This document shows, piece after piece, positions 45,594-56,372 of a stretch of 64,000 nucleotides of DNA; positions within the stretch are counted from its first letter, which is position 1, and each line of letters opens with the position of its first letter. Source of the stretch: Planctomycetota bacterium (GTDB lineage: Bacteria > Planctomycetota > UBA8108 > SXIK01); NCBI GenBank assembly GCA_965223845.1, contig CBDCXR010000004.1, forward strand, positions 4,096,001 through 4,160,000, read 5' to 3'. A model generated the notes under the pieces. It saw only the letters and a program-made list of their open reading frames with translations. It was not told the DNA's origin and did not search any database. Both the position numbers and the translations under genes were made by a program.

Positions 45594-47639
45594 ATGAATC
45601 ACCGGCGAAGCCGCTCCCGGCCTCCTTCCCGGTTCCCGGACTACCTGCTGTCGACAGTCACGGTCGCGATGTGGATCGCGATCTTGGCGACCTCTCCGCT
45701 CCGAGCGGACGACGCAGCGGCGGCATTCGTCGAACGCCCACTCAAGAAACGAGATCTCGAGCACTGGGCATTTCGTCCGCTCGGTGACGGGTCACCGCCC
45801 GCGCGCGAAGATGTCGAGGGCGATGCGAACCCGATCGACCGGTTCATTCTCGCTGAGCTCCGTGCGCGCGTGCTCGAACCTCTTCCCTCGGCCGACCGGC
45901 GAACGCTGATTCGTCGCGTCAGCTACGACCTGGTCGGACTTCCACCGACTCCGCTCGAGGTGGAGGCGTTCCTTGAGGACGATCACCCGGAGGCGTACCG
46001 GCGACTCGTCGACCGCCTGCTCGCCTCGCCGCGCTACGGCGAACGCTGGGGACAACACTGGCTCGATCTCGCGCGCTTCGCGGAATCCGACGGCTACGAG
46101 CACGACAAACTCCGGCCGAACGCCTGGCGCTATCGCGACTGGGTGATCGGCGCGCTCGCGAGCGACCTTCCGTACCGGGAGTTCGTCGCCCTCCAGCTCG
46201 CCGGCGACCAGTTGCGACCGAACGACCCCGCGGCCGCGATCGCAACCGGATTCACGCTCGCCGGACCCGACATGCCGGACATCAATCTGCAGGCCGAGCG
46301 GCGCCACATGGTGCTCAACGATATCACGGCGACGGTCGGCGAGGTCTTCCTCGGCCTCAACATCGGGTGCGCGCAGTGTCACGATCACAAATCCGATCCG
46401 ATCAACCAGGCGGACTTCTACCGTCTCCGCGCGTACTTCGATGGCGTCGACATCTTTCGCGATCACCCGCTCGAACTCGCGCCCGAAGGGGCGAAGCCCG
46501 TCCACGGACGCGTCCTCCGCGAGAAAACGAAAATCGCGCCTAGCCGACTGATGATCCGCGGCGACTTTCGGCGGCCGGGCCCCGAGCTCGAGCCGGCGGT
46601 TCCTCGCGTTCTCGCCTCCAGCCTTCCCCAAGCTGCGAGTCCGTCGCACCCGGGCGATGTCTCGGCCTCTCTGCCTCGTCGCCTTGCGCTCGCGCGCTGG
46701 ATCACGCGATCGACGAACGCGCTCTCCTACCGCGTGATCGTGAATCGCGTTTGGCTCCATCACTTCGGGGAAGGCCTCGTCCGCACTCCGAGCCTCTTCG
46801 GGCGGGACGGCACGCCGCCCACGCATCGAGACCTTCTCGATTGGCTCGCGCGCGAGTTCGTTCACCAGGGCGGCAGCCTGAAGGAACTCCATCGCTTGAT
46901 CGTGACCTCCAACGCGTACCGCCGAGCGAGTCGCCCAGCGACGATCGAAGATCGCGCGCGCTATCGTCGTTCGCTCGACGTGGACCCCGAGAATCGGCTT
47001 CTCGCGCGTCAGAACCGCCGGCGACTGAGCGGCGAAGCCCTCCGCGATGCACTCCTCCAGATCGCCGGGAGACTGAGCGAGAAGCGGGAGGGCCCCGGCG
47101 TGATGCCGCCGCTTCCGCCCGAGGTCCGCCGGAGCATCCGGAAGGATCACTGGAAAGTGACCCCGGACGAGAACGAGCACCGCCGGCGCAGCATCTACCT
47201 CTTCGTGCGGCGCAATCTTCGTTACCCGTTCTTCGAGGTCTTCGATGCCCCCGATCGCCTCGTCAGCTGTGCTCGACGCGAGCGAACGACGATCGCGCCG
47301 CAGTCGCTCGCCCTGCTCAACTCGGAGCTGAGTCTCGAAGCGGCTCAGTTCACCGCGGGACGGGTGCTCGCGCGCGCCGGAAGCGATCGAAGCGCACAGA
47401 TCGACGCCGCATTCGAGCTCGTTCTCGGCCGACCGCCGCGGGAATCCGAGCGTGCGGACTGCCGGGAGAGCCTCGCCCAGATCGCAGCGCATCTGCGGGA
47501 ACGCATCGACGCGGCTGAAACCATCGCCGAGCCACTGCCCGCCGGGACGCGCGACGGAATCGCGCGCGCGGACGCCGCGGCGCTGACGTCGATCTGCCTC
47601 ACGCTTCTCAACACGAACGAGTTCGCGTACGTGGATTGA
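45594..47639 (+). CDS. DUF1549 + DUF1553 (PSCyt2/PSD1) protein
   Basis: HWAF, NPIDRFI, GLPPT, YGERWGQHWLDLARFAES, CAQCHDHK, VNRVWLHHFGEGLV, RRSIY, LLNTNEFAYVD. Confidence 0.92.
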   Translation: MNHRRSRSRPPSRFPDYLLSTVTVAMWIAILATSPLRADDAAAAFVERPLKKRDLEHWAFRPLGDGSPPAREDVEGDANPIDRFILAELRARVLEPLPSADRRTLIRRVSYDLVGLPPTPLEVEAFLEDDHPEAYRRLVDRLLASPRYGERWGQHWLDLARFAESDGYEHDKLRPNAWRYRDWVIGALASDLPYREFVALQLAGDQLRPNDPAAAIATGFTLAGPDMPDINLQAERRHMVLNDITATVGEVFLGLNIGCAQCHDHKSDPINQADFYRLRAYFDGVDIFRDHPLELAPEGAKPVHGRVLREKTKIAPSRLMIRGDFRRPGPELEPAVPRVLASSLPQAASPSHPGDVSASLPRRLALARWITRSTNALSYRVIVNRVWLHHFGEGLVRTPSLFGRDGTPPTHRDLLDWLAREFVHQGGSLKELHRLIVTSNAYRRASRPATIEDRARYRRSLDVDPENRLLARQNRRRLSGEALRDALLQIAGRLSEKREGPGVMPPLPPEVRRSIRKDHWKVTPDENEHRRRSIYLFVRRNLRYPFFEVFDAPDRLVSCARRERTTIAPQSLALLNSELSLEAAQFTAGRVLARAGSDRSAQIDAAFELVLGRPPRESERADCRESLAQIAAHLRERIDAAETIAEPLPAGTRDGIARADAAALTSICLTLLNTNEFAYVD

Positions 47640-47660
47640 CCCCGGTCCCGAACCGGGTCA
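47637..47660. terminator. Hairpin spanning both stop codons of two convergent genes, possible bidirectional terminator
   Basis: TGACCCCGGT-CCCGA-ACCGGGTCA inverted repeat with one bulge; no U-tract. Confidence 0.4.
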
Positions 47661-48929
47661 CTCGCTCAGAACCTTCCTCACGAGAAGCCAGCCGAAGAAG
47701 GCGAGCGCGAAGACGAGAACGATGACGACTACCGGCCCGTTCCGCGCTTTACCGCCCACCCAATCGCGACGCGAATTCATGACGAGAAGGGCGAGTGCGA
47801 GAAGCGGGATCACGGCGGCGCTGAGAATAGCGTAGAGCTTCTGCATCTCGGCGAACGACACGGTGAGCCCGAGCGCCGGAACCGTGGCGAGGAAGAAGAG
47901 AAAGCCGCGGTACGGCCGCGTCTCTTCGAGGGGGCGCTCGGCGCGAGCCTCACCGCCGCTCCGGTTCCGGTCGACGAACGCGCGCCGACAAAAGTCAGCG
48001 AACAGGTAGGGCACTGCCTGCCACACGCCGAGAAGACTGCTGAAGACGGCTCCCCACGCGCCGACGAGAAACGCCCACCGCCCCACCGGCCCGACGGGTC
48101 CCTCGAGTCGCTGGGCGAGGTCGACGACGAGCGTCGCTCCTCCGCCCGAGATTTCGACAGTGCTCCCGATGACGACCATCGCGAGGCCGAAGATGGCGGT
48201 CACGGTGTATCCGACGGCGAGATCGATCCGGCAAACGGCGAGATGGTCGATCGAGTTGCGTCCCTTCTCCCGGATCCAGTAGCCGTAGCAGAGGACCGTC
48301 ACGCTCCCCCCGACGCCCCCCATGAGAGCCACCGTCCAGGAGAGGTTCGGTGCTCGGAGCGTCGCGGGGTCGGGGACGACCGCACCGCGAACCAGCGCGC
48401 CCGCATCGGGAACCAAGAGCGCCGCCGTGGCGACGACGACGACGAACATCACCCCGATGAAGACGCTCATCGTTTTCTCGAAGAGAGCGAAGCCGCCGAG
48501 AAAGACGAGCGCGAGGCCGAGGAGGCTGTGGACGATCCCGAACACGATCTTCGCCGTCGCCGCGGATTCGAAGAGCGGGATCGCGGCGTGCGCCGTCACG
48601 CCGCATGCGCCCATGAGCGCGGTGGCGACGAAGAAGCTCCACACCGTGAGGTAGGGCAGAAACACGACGACCGCGACGAGGCCGAAGCGCTCCACCGCGC
48701 CCTCGAGAAACGTCGTTCCCGTGGCGAGCTGCCAGCGAGCGAGCCCCTCGTTGACCATCCACTTGAGGAAAGCCCCCACGACGACCGCCCAGAGGACGGA
48801 GAGGCCGACCTTGCTCCCCGCGAGGCTCGCCGCGGCGAGGTCGCCGGCGCCCACTCCCGTCGCCGCGACGAGAAGACCTGGGCCGATCACCCGCAGCCAC
48901 CCCCCCCGGCCTTGGCTCGCTCGATTCAT
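47658..48929 (-). CDS. Nramp-related (YcsG-like) transporter, second paralog
   Basis: GPGLLVAATGVGAGD, EGLARWQLATG, YGYWIREKG; about 11 TM segments. Confidence 0.82.
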   Translation of the reverse strand: MNRASQGRGGWLRVIGPGLLVAATGVGAGDLAAASLAGSKVGLSVLWAVVVGAFLKWMVNEGLARWQLATGTTFLEGAVERFGLVAVVVFLPYLTVWSFFVATALMGACGVTAHAAIPLFESAATAKIVFGIVHSLLGLALVFLGGFALFEKTMSVFIGVMFVVVVATAALLVPDAGALVRGAVVPDPATLRAPNLSWTVALMGGVGGSVTVLCYGYWIREKGRNSIDHLAVCRIDLAVGYTVTAIFGLAMVVIGSTVEISGGGATLVVDLAQRLEGPVGPVGRWAFLVGAWGAVFSSLLGVWQAVPYLFADFCRRAFVDRNRSGGEARAERPLEETRPYRGFLFFLATVPALGLTVSFAEMQKLYAILSAAVIPLLALALLVMNSRRDWVGGKARNGPVVVIVLVFALAFFGWLLVRKVLSE

Positions 48930-49150
48930 CGTTCGCTCCGTGTCGGCTTACCGCCTCTCTCCACCGCCGAATCGACGCATTGGACTCGAACCCCAGCGCC
49001 CGAACAAGCCGAGTCCAGGCCTCAGGATTCGCCGCTCGAGTTTTTCACCCGGACGGACGGCTGAGGTACCATAGAGGCTTCCGACGTCCGGCGGACCGAC
49101 GCCGCGTCGCTTCGATCCGACCCCCGACCCACCGAGCTGGAACACCCTTC

Positions 49151-52100
49151 ATGTCCTCAGCCCCCGTTTCCGCCGACGCCGCTCTCGCTCCCCGAGGCGG
49201 GCGAAGTCTCCGAACGTTCGCGTTCGCGCTCGCGACCTCTCTCGTCGTTTCATCGACCGCCGCGGCTCAAGTCGTCATCAACGAGGTGCTCGCGTCCAAT
49301 CGCCTAACGAATTTCGACGAGGACGGCGATTCGGGCGACTGGCTCGAGCTCTACAACGCCGGCGACGCGGCGGTCTCGCTCGCTGGGTTCGGCGTCAGCG
49401 ACGACGAGGCGGAGACTCTGAAGTGGCAGATCCCCGAGCTCGTGCTCGAGCCGGGTGAGTTCGCGACTCTCTGGTGCTCCGGAAAGGATCGGATCGTCCC
49501 CGCGGCCGACACGATCTCGAGCGATTCGGTGATGTTCCGCCCCGAGGTCGTCGGCCTCGATGCGGAATGGAGTTATCTCACGGGAAGCCCGGAAGACGGA
49601 CCACCGCCAGACGGTTGGAACACTCTCGAGTTCGACGACGCGGCGTGGCCGACGGGGAAGCCCGGATTCGGTTTCGGGGACGACGACGACGTGACGATCC
49701 TCCCCGAGGATATCGGCGCGGTGTTTCTCCGGCACAGATTCGAGATCGACGATCCGAGCTCGCTCCCGAACCTCGTCATCCAAGCGAAGGTGGACGACGG
49801 CTTCGTCGCGTACCTGAACGGAGTTCGCGTCGCCAGCTTCAACTTCGATCCGAACGAGACGCCGGAGTTCGGCAGCCGGGCCACGCGCTCGCAAGAGGCG
49901 AGACGACACAATCGCGTCGACATCACTGCGTTCAGGGACGTTCTCGAGCCGGGACCCAATCTTCTCGCGATGGTCCTCCTCAATCAGCGCTCGACGAGCA
50001 GCGACCTTTCGCTGATTCCGGAGCTCGGCACGATCGAGGCCCCGCTCCATACGAATTTCAATATCGCGAGCGAAGGCGAAACGGTGTTTCTCTCGGCGCC
50101 CGACGGAACGATCGTCGACCAGGTCGAGCTGCCGCCGCAGGTGCGCGATCAATCGTTCGGGAGACTGACGGACGGCACCGGCGCGTTCGCGTACTTCCGC
50201 GTGCCGTCGCCGTCGGCTCCGAACACGGGACAGACGAGCGACTCGCCGATGATCGTTGCCGACACACGCTTCTCGATCGATCGAGGGTTCTACGACGAGC
50301 CGTTCGAAGTCGAAATCACGACGGAGACGCCGGACGCGACGATCCGCTACACCACGGACGGTTCACCGCCGTCGCCGACGGAGGGGACGGTCTACGACGG
50401 CCCGGTCCGGATCGAGCGAACGACGCCGCTCCGCGCGATCGCCTACAAGGATGGGCTCGACTCGACGAACATCGATACGCAGACCTACATCTTCCTCGAC
50501 GAGATCGTCCGCCAGGATCGTCAAGCGACGCTCGCGCGCGGCTTCCCGGCCCGCTGGGGTGGGACGACGGCCGACTACGGCATGGACCCACGGGTGATCG
50601 GGCAGGACGGGGACGATCGCTACGGCGGTAAATACGCCGAAACGATCCGAGCCGATCTGCTCTCGATTCCGACTCTCTCGGTCAGTCTCCCGACCGACGA
50701 TCTGTTCGGGGCTCAGGGAATCTACACGAACTCGAACGCGCGCGGCGTTCAGTGGGAGCGTTCGGCGTCGGTCGAGCTCATCGATCCGAGTGGGAGCGAG
50801 GAGGGCTTTCAGGTCAACTGCGGCCTCCGCATCCACGGTGGCGCATTCCGGAGCCACGGGCTCACGAAGAAGCACTCGCTGCGTCTTTTGTTCAAGGGTG
50901 TCCACGGCCCGACGAAGCTCCGCTACCCGCTCTTTCGCGGGACCCCGATCGAGGCCTTCGACTCGCTCGTCCTTCGCGCGAACTCGAACGACGGCTGGCA
51001 GTGGGCGGCGGCGAACGCCCAGCCCGTCTACATCCGCGACTCGTTCGGCCGCGAGACGGCGCTCGATGGCGGGCTCGTCGCATCGCACGAGCGATTCGTT
51101 CACGTCTACTTAAACGGCGTGTACTGGGGACTCTACAACTTCGTCGAGCGCCCGGACGCCTCCTTCAGCGCCAGCTACTTCGGCGGTCAGAAGGAAGAGT
51201 GGGACTCGATCTCGAACGACACCGCCTCGAACGGCTCTCTCGCGGCTTGGCAGCAGCTCGTCGCGCTCAGCCGCGGCGGATTCCGGGCCGAGGAGTCGTA
51301 CGAGGCCGCGCGCGGGAATCGCCCCGACGGCACGGACGACCCCACTCTCGAGACCTACTTCGACGCCGCGAACACGATCGACTACATGATCGTCAATCTC
51401 TACGTCGGGAACTCCGACTGGCCGCACAAGAACTATTGGATCGGCCGGCGTCGAGGCCCGGAGAGCACGGGATTCAAGTTCTACATGTGGGATTCGGAGT
51501 GGTCGCTCCTCTTGCGCTCACCACTCAACACGAACCGCACCACAGTGAACAATGGGGTCGCGATTCCGTACGGAGCGGCGCGAACGAACCCGGAGTTTCA
51601 GATTCAGTTCGCCGATCGGCTGCACCACTACTTCTTCAACGGCGGCCCACTCTACGTCGATCCGCAGAATCCGACTTGGAATCCCGAGCATCCGGAACGA
51701 AATCGGCCCGCCGAGCGCTTCATGCGCATCGCAGACAGCATCGAACGCGCGGTCGTCGCCGAATCGGCGCGCTGGGGTGATCAGCACTCCGGAACGCCCT
51801 ACACTCGCGACGAGCACTGGCAGCGCGAGCGCGATGCGATCGTCCGCGGATACTTTCCGACGCGATCGGCGATCGTACTCAGTCAGTTTCGCGGGATCGG
51901 CCTCTACCCGAACCTCGAGGCGCCGCGCTTCAATCAGCACGGCGGTCGCGTGGAAAAGGGGTTCTCGCTGACGATCCACGCCCCCCGCGGCGATGTCTAC
52001 TACACGCTCGACGGATCGGACCCGCGTCTCCGCGGCGGCTCCCTGAATGGGACGGCGACCCGCAGTGAGGCAGTAGAGAACTCGACCGTCATCTCCGAGG

Positions 52101-53506
52101 GTGCCGCAGCCAAGGCGTTCGTCCCGACCGACGACAGCTTCGGCCGCTCGTGGACCGAGTTCGAATTCGACGATGCGGACTGGGTCGCAGGGACGACCGG
52201 CGTCGGGTTCGAAGCGGGAACCGGCATCGAGGATCTCATCGGAACCGATGTCGGCGAGGCGATGCTCGACCGACAGACCACCGTGTACGTGCGCGTGCCG
52301 TTCAACGTCGAAAACGCGCGCAACGTCGCCTTCCTCACGCTGTCGATGCAGTTCGACGACGGGTTCGTCGCCTACATTAACGGTCGCGAAGTAGCGCGGG
52401 AGCGAGCCCCCGACGAGCCCACCTGGGACTCGCGTGCGGCAGGGTCGCACTCGGCGAGTCGAGCGTCGGAGTACGACATCTCGAACTCGATCGACGCCCT
52501 CCGGGAAGGTCCCAACGTCCTCGCCATCCACGGGATGAACGTGCGCCCGACCAGCGACGACATGGTCGTTCTCCCGCGGCTCGAAATCAGTGTGTCGCTC
52601 GGCGGCGGAATTCCGATCGAGAACACGATGCGCGTGAAGAGCCGCGCTCTCCTCAACGGCGTCTGGAGTGCGCTCAACGAAGCGACGTTCATCGTCGACG
52701 AGTCGAACGCGCTCCGCGTCAGCGAGCTCATGTACCATCCTCGCCGCCCGGAGGAAGGAAGCTCATTCTCGGACGACGACTTCGAGTTCCTCGAGATCCA
52801 AAACGTCGGCGCGGAAGAAGTCTCACTCGACGGCGTCCGGCTCGCCGGCGGGATCGAGTTCGAATTCGCGAACGGGGACATCCCCGCGCTCGCGCCTGGC
52901 GCGTTCGCCGTCGTCGTCGAGAACCGCGCGGCGTTCGAAGAGCGTTACGGGGGCGGAATCCCAGTCGCCGGCCAGTACTCCGGTCAGCTCAGCAACCGCG
53001 GCGAGGCGATCGAGCTCATCGGCTCGATCGGGGAGACGATCCTCGAGTTCTCCTATTCGGACGCCTGGCACGCGGAGACGGACGGCGGAGGCCGATCGCT
53101 GACGGTGGTCGATCCCGCGGCGTCCGTCGAGAGCTGGCTCACCCGCGACGGGTGGATGCCGAGCACCGCGATCGACGGCTCGCCGGGCGCGCCGGATGAG
53201 TCGCAAGAGGAACGCGGCGGGCTTCAGACTCCCGGAGACGCCGACCAAGATGGCGCACTCTCGATCGCCGATGCAACGACCGTTCTCAGTCGGCTCTTCC
53301 GCGGCATTCCCGCCGAGCTGCCCTGCGACGGACGATCTGCGCTCGACGGCGGGAACGCCGCTCTCTACGACGTAAACGGTGACGCGCGGTTCAACGTGAC
53401 GGACGGGATACACGTCCTTCTCTACCTCTTCGCGGACGGAGCGCCGCCCGCTCTCGGCACGGACTGCGTACGCGTCGAAGGATGCCCGGACGTTTGCGTT
53501 CGTTGA
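49151..53506 (+). CDS. Large exported CotH-kinase-like protein with lamin-tail domains, Fn3-like domains, beta-sandwich inserts and a C-terminal dockerin-like module
   Basis: VVINEVLASN...DWLELYN; IRYTTDGSPP; YLNGVYWGLYNFVER, DWPHKN, WDSE (CotH); VSELMYHP; GDADQDG and DVNGD pair. Confidence 0.85.
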   Translation: MSSAPVSADAALAPRGGRSLRTFAFALATSLVVSSTAAAQVVINEVLASNRLTNFDEDGDSGDWLELYNAGDAAVSLAGFGVSDDEAETLKWQIPELVLEPGEFATLWCSGKDRIVPAADTISSDSVMFRPEVVGLDAEWSYLTGSPEDGPPPDGWNTLEFDDAAWPTGKPGFGFGDDDDVTILPEDIGAVFLRHRFEIDDPSSLPNLVIQAKVDDGFVAYLNGVRVASFNFDPNETPEFGSRATRSQEARRHNRVDITAFRDVLEPGPNLLAMVLLNQRSTSSDLSLIPELGTIEAPLHTNFNIASEGETVFLSAPDGTIVDQVELPPQVRDQSFGRLTDGTGAFAYFRVPSPSAPNTGQTSDSPMIVADTRFSIDRGFYDEPFEVEITTETPDATIRYTTDGSPPSPTEGTVYDGPVRIERTTPLRAIAYKDGLDSTNIDTQTYIFLDEIVRQDRQATLARGFPARWGGTTADYGMDPRVIGQDGDDRYGGKYAETIRADLLSIPTLSVSLPTDDLFGAQGIYTNSNARGVQWERSASVELIDPSGSEEGFQVNCGLRIHGGAFRSHGLTKKHSLRLLFKGVHGPTKLRYPLFRGTPIEAFDSLVLRANSNDGWQWAAANAQPVYIRDSFGRETALDGGLVASHERFVHVYLNGVYWGLYNFVERPDASFSASYFGGQKEEWDSISNDTASNGSLAAWQQLVALSRGGFRAEESYEAARGNRPDGTDDPTLETYFDAANTIDYMIVNLYVGNSDWPHKNYWIGRRRGPESTGFKFYMWDSEWSLLLRSPLNTNRTTVNNGVAIPYGAARTNPEFQIQFADRLHHYFFNGGPLYVDPQNPTWNPEHPERNRPAERFMRIADSIERAVVAESARWGDQHSGTPYTRDEHWQRERDAIVRGYFPTRSAIVLSQFRGIGLYPNLEAPRFNQHGGRVEKGFSLTIHAPRGDVYYTLDGSDPRLRGGSLNGTATRSEAVENSTVISEGAAAKAFVPTDDSFGRSWTEFEFDDADWVAGTTGVGFEAGTGIEDLIGTDVGEAMLDRQTTVYVRVPFNVENARNVAFLTLSMQFDDGFVAYINGREVARERAPDEPTWDSRAAGSHSASRASEYDISNSIDALREGPNVLAIHGMNVRPTSDDMVVLPRLEISVSLGGGIPIENTMRVKSRALLNGVWSALNEATFIVDESNALRVSELMYHPRRPEEGSSFSDDDFEFLEIQNVGAEEVSLDGVRLAGGIEFEFANGDIPALAPGAFAVVVENRAAFEERYGGGIPVAGQYSGQLSNRGEAIELIGSIGETILEFSYSDAWHAETDGGGRSLTVVDPAASVESWLTRDGWMPSTAIDGSPGAPDESQEERGGLQTPGDADQDGALSIADATTVLSRLFRGIPAELPCDGRSALDGGNAALYDVNGDARFNVTDGIHVLLYLFADGAPPALGTDCVRVEGCPDVCVR

Positions 53507-53535
53507 TCCATCTCTGCGAAGAGAGGCGACGGACG

Positions 53536-54636
53536 ATGGAGCGGACTTCGCTCAGCCGACACTCCCTGCGCGTCTTCGCGTGTGCGGCCGTAGCCCTGGC
53601 GGTCATCGGCTGCACACGGGAGCCCGAGCCTCGTGAAGTCGAAGACGCGGCGAGCTCAGCGGCGGAAACGGAGCCGGCGCCGCCTGCGACCGAGCGGACT
53701 TCCCGCGCCGACACTGGCGCGGTCGAGGGGACGCCTGCACTCAGCGCGGAGACCGACCCTCCCGAAGTCGTCGAGCAAAAGCTTCACCAGCTCCTCAAGG
53801 CGCGGAACACGGGCTACGAGAGTCAAGGACAGCTCCACTTCGAGGGCGGCCGACTCGTCGCGGCCTCGTTCGCGCGGCTTCCCGTCTCCGACCTCTCGCC
53901 GCTTCGCGGATTCCCGATCGTCGCCATCGATCTGACCGCGACGCGAGTCGTCGATCTGTCTGCGCTCACCGGAATGCCGCTCGAGCGCCTCGCCGCTGCC
54001 GGCACCGGCGTCTCGGACCTTTCGCCCCTCCGCGGGATGAAGATCGTCTCGCTCGACCTCCTTCAGACTCGCGTGCGCGACCTCTCGCCACTCGCCGGAA
54101 TGCCGCTCCGCGAGCTTTTTCTCGACGAGACTCCGGTCGATGACATCTCGCCGCTCAAGGGCGCTCCGCTCGAGAAACTCTATCTCAATAACACTCGCAT
54201 CAAATCTCTCGCCCCGCTCGCCGACGCGCCGCTCACCGAGCTCAACCTGTTCGGCACTCTCGTTCACGACCTCAGCCCGCTCCGAGACGCTCCCCTGCGA
54301 ATGCTGTGGCTGAACGAAACGCCGGTTCAAGACATCACTCCGATCTCGAAGGCGCCGCTCGTCAGTCTGACGCTCCACCGCACTCAGGTGCGCGACCTCG
54401 AGCCGCTCATCGGCAACTCGATTCAGCGGCTCCATATCGGGGACACGCCGGTGCGCGATCTATCGCCGCTCGGTCAGCTCCGTCTCTCGCGACTGATCTT
54501 CTCTCCGAGTCGCATCGAACGAGGGCTCGAGGAGGTCCGCTCGCTAACGACGCTCACCGAAGTCGGATCGACGTTCGAGGGGCGGATGCGCCCGGCCGAG
54601 TTTTGGGCGAAGCTCGACGCCGGCGAGGTGCGGTAG
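53536..54636 (+). CDS. Leucine-rich repeat lipoprotein (internalin-like)
   Basis: Lipobox VIGC; ten 21-residue LxxLxLxxTxVxDLSPLxGxP repeats. Confidence 0.88.
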   Translation: MERTSLSRHSLRVFACAAVALAVIGCTREPEPREVEDAASSAAETEPAPPATERTSRADTGAVEGTPALSAETDPPEVVEQKLHQLLKARNTGYESQGQLHFEGGRLVAASFARLPVSDLSPLRGFPIVAIDLTATRVVDLSALTGMPLERLAAAGTGVSDLSPLRGMKIVSLDLLQTRVRDLSPLAGMPLRELFLDETPVDDISPLKGAPLEKLYLNNTRIKSLAPLADAPLTELNLFGTLVHDLSPLRDAPLRMLWLNETPVQDITPISKAPLVSLTLHRTQVRDLEPLIGNSIQRLHIGDTPVRDLSPLGQLRLSRLIFSPSRIERGLEEVRSLTTLTEVGSTFEGRMRPAEFWAKLDAGEVR

Positions 54637-54772
54637 GACGACGGCGTCGTCTCGGTCGCTCGATCCTTCGGCTCACCCGCTTGCAATCTCCGGGGAGAGG
54701 TGAACGATGGTCGAACTCCGGACGGCGATTCGTCTGTCCTCTCCACAACCTACTCCAATCGCGAGGTGATCG

Positions 54773-56206
54773 ATGCTCCTCTCCGGCTCGCGTGCGCTCG
54801 GATTCCTCGGCTGCCTGTTCGTCGTCGCCTTCGGCCTCGGCGGTTGTCTCCATTCGGAGCGAGCGTGGGAGAACCATCCGAACAGCGCCCTCGCGCACCT
54901 ACCGGCGAAGACGGCACTCGACGACTACGTGCAGCGCGAAGATCCGAGCTTCGCCTGGAGTATCGTGAACACGCATCGAGACCGCGGTTACACCGCGTTC
55001 GTCGTCGAGTTGACGTCGCAGACCTGGCGCACTGCCGATGAAGTGGATCGTACGCTGTGGAAGCACTGGCTGCGGGTCGTGAAGCCCGACGAGGTCTCAT
55101 CGAACACGGCGCTTCTCATCATCGGCGGCGGCAGCAATCGCGGCGGCGCCCCAAGCGCGCCGAACGAACGGACCATCGCGCTTGCGGCGGCTTCGAGAGC
55201 CGTCGTAGCCGAGCTCGGCATGATCCCGAATCAGCCGCTCCTCTTCTCGGACGGCGACCATCCGCGATTCGAAGATGATCTGATCGCCCACACGTGGAAC
55301 AAGTTCATGGATACGGGCGATCCGACGTGGGTCGCAAGAATGCCGATGGTAAAGGGCGCCGTGCGCGCGATGGACGCGATCACCGCGCTTCTTGCGAGCG
55401 AGCAGGGAGGGCAGCACGCGATTGACGATTTCGTCGTCGCGGGCGGTTCGAAGCGCGGGTGGACGACGTGGCTCACCGGAGCCGTCGAGCCGCGCGTGAA
55501 GGCGATCATTCCGATCGTGATCGATGTCGTCAACATGGTGCCGTCGATGAACCACCACTACTCCGCCTACGGGTTCTGGGCCCCCGCGGTGGGCGATTAC
55601 GTACGGAACGGGATCACCGACCGAAAGGATGAACCGGCCTACCAAAAGCTCGTCGAGCTGGTCGATCCGTACTACTACCGGCATCGGCTCACGATGCCGA
55701 AGTTCGTCCTCAATTCGGCGGGCGATCAGTTCTTTCTCCCCGACTCGTCTCAGTTCTATTACGACGACCTGGTCGGCGAGAAGCATCTCCGCTACGTCCC
55801 GAACTCGGATCATTCGCTCGACGAAACCGACGCGCTCGAAAGCATCGCCGCGTTCTTTCGCGCCGTAATCACGGACACTCCGCGTCCCGAGTACTCGTGG
55901 ACGTTCGAGCGCGACGGCTCGATCCGCGCTCGCGCCGAGGGCGAGGTCGCCGAAGCTCGCCTCTGGCAGGCGACGAATCCGGAGGCGCGCGACTTTCGCC
56001 AGGAGACGATCGGAAACGTCTGGACGAGCACGGTTCTCGCGCCCGACGAAGACGGCAGCTACGTCGGCAGGGTGGACGAGCCTGGGTCGGGATGGACGGC
56101 GTATTTTGTCGAGCTGACGTTCGCGGCGGGCGAAGATGCCAAGCTCAAGCTGACGACGGCGGTGCGCGTGACGCCGGATCGCGTGCCGTTCGACCCGCCG
56201 GAGTAG
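54773..56206 (+). CDS. PqaA-type (PhoPQ-activated pathogenicity-related) alpha/beta hydrolase-like protein
   Basis: LTSQTW, PNQP, EDDLIA, PMVKGAVRAMD, GGSKRGWTTW, DQFFLPD, PNSDH. Confidence 0.88.
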   Translation: MLLSGSRALGFLGCLFVVAFGLGGCLHSERAWENHPNSALAHLPAKTALDDYVQREDPSFAWSIVNTHRDRGYTAFVVELTSQTWRTADEVDRTLWKHWLRVVKPDEVSSNTALLIIGGGSNRGGAPSAPNERTIALAAASRAVVAELGMIPNQPLLFSDGDHPRFEDDLIAHTWNKFMDTGDPTWVARMPMVKGAVRAMDAITALLASEQGGQHAIDDFVVAGGSKRGWTTWLTGAVEPRVKAIIPIVIDVVNMVPSMNHHYSAYGFWAPAVGDYVRNGITDRKDEPAYQKLVELVDPYYYRHRLTMPKFVLNSAGDQFFLPDSSQFYYDDLVGEKHLRYVPNSDHSLDETDALESIAAFFRAVITDTPRPEYSWTFERDGSIRARAEGEVAEARLWQATNPEARDFRQETIGNVWTSTVLAPDEDGSYVGRVDEPGSGWTAYFVELTFAAGEDAKLKLTTAVRVTPDRVPFDPPE

Positions 56207-56372
56207 ACCTCGGTTGACCGGATCTTTCTAGGAAGACGTGGTACACGACGTGGACGAAGCACGACGAAGAAGAATGGATCCGCGGTCCGAGCGCGAGCCC
56301 CCGCTCGGAGAGACGATGGGCGGTAGCGAAGCACGACGTCGAGAGAACTCGCCGTGCCCCTACCCCAATCTC

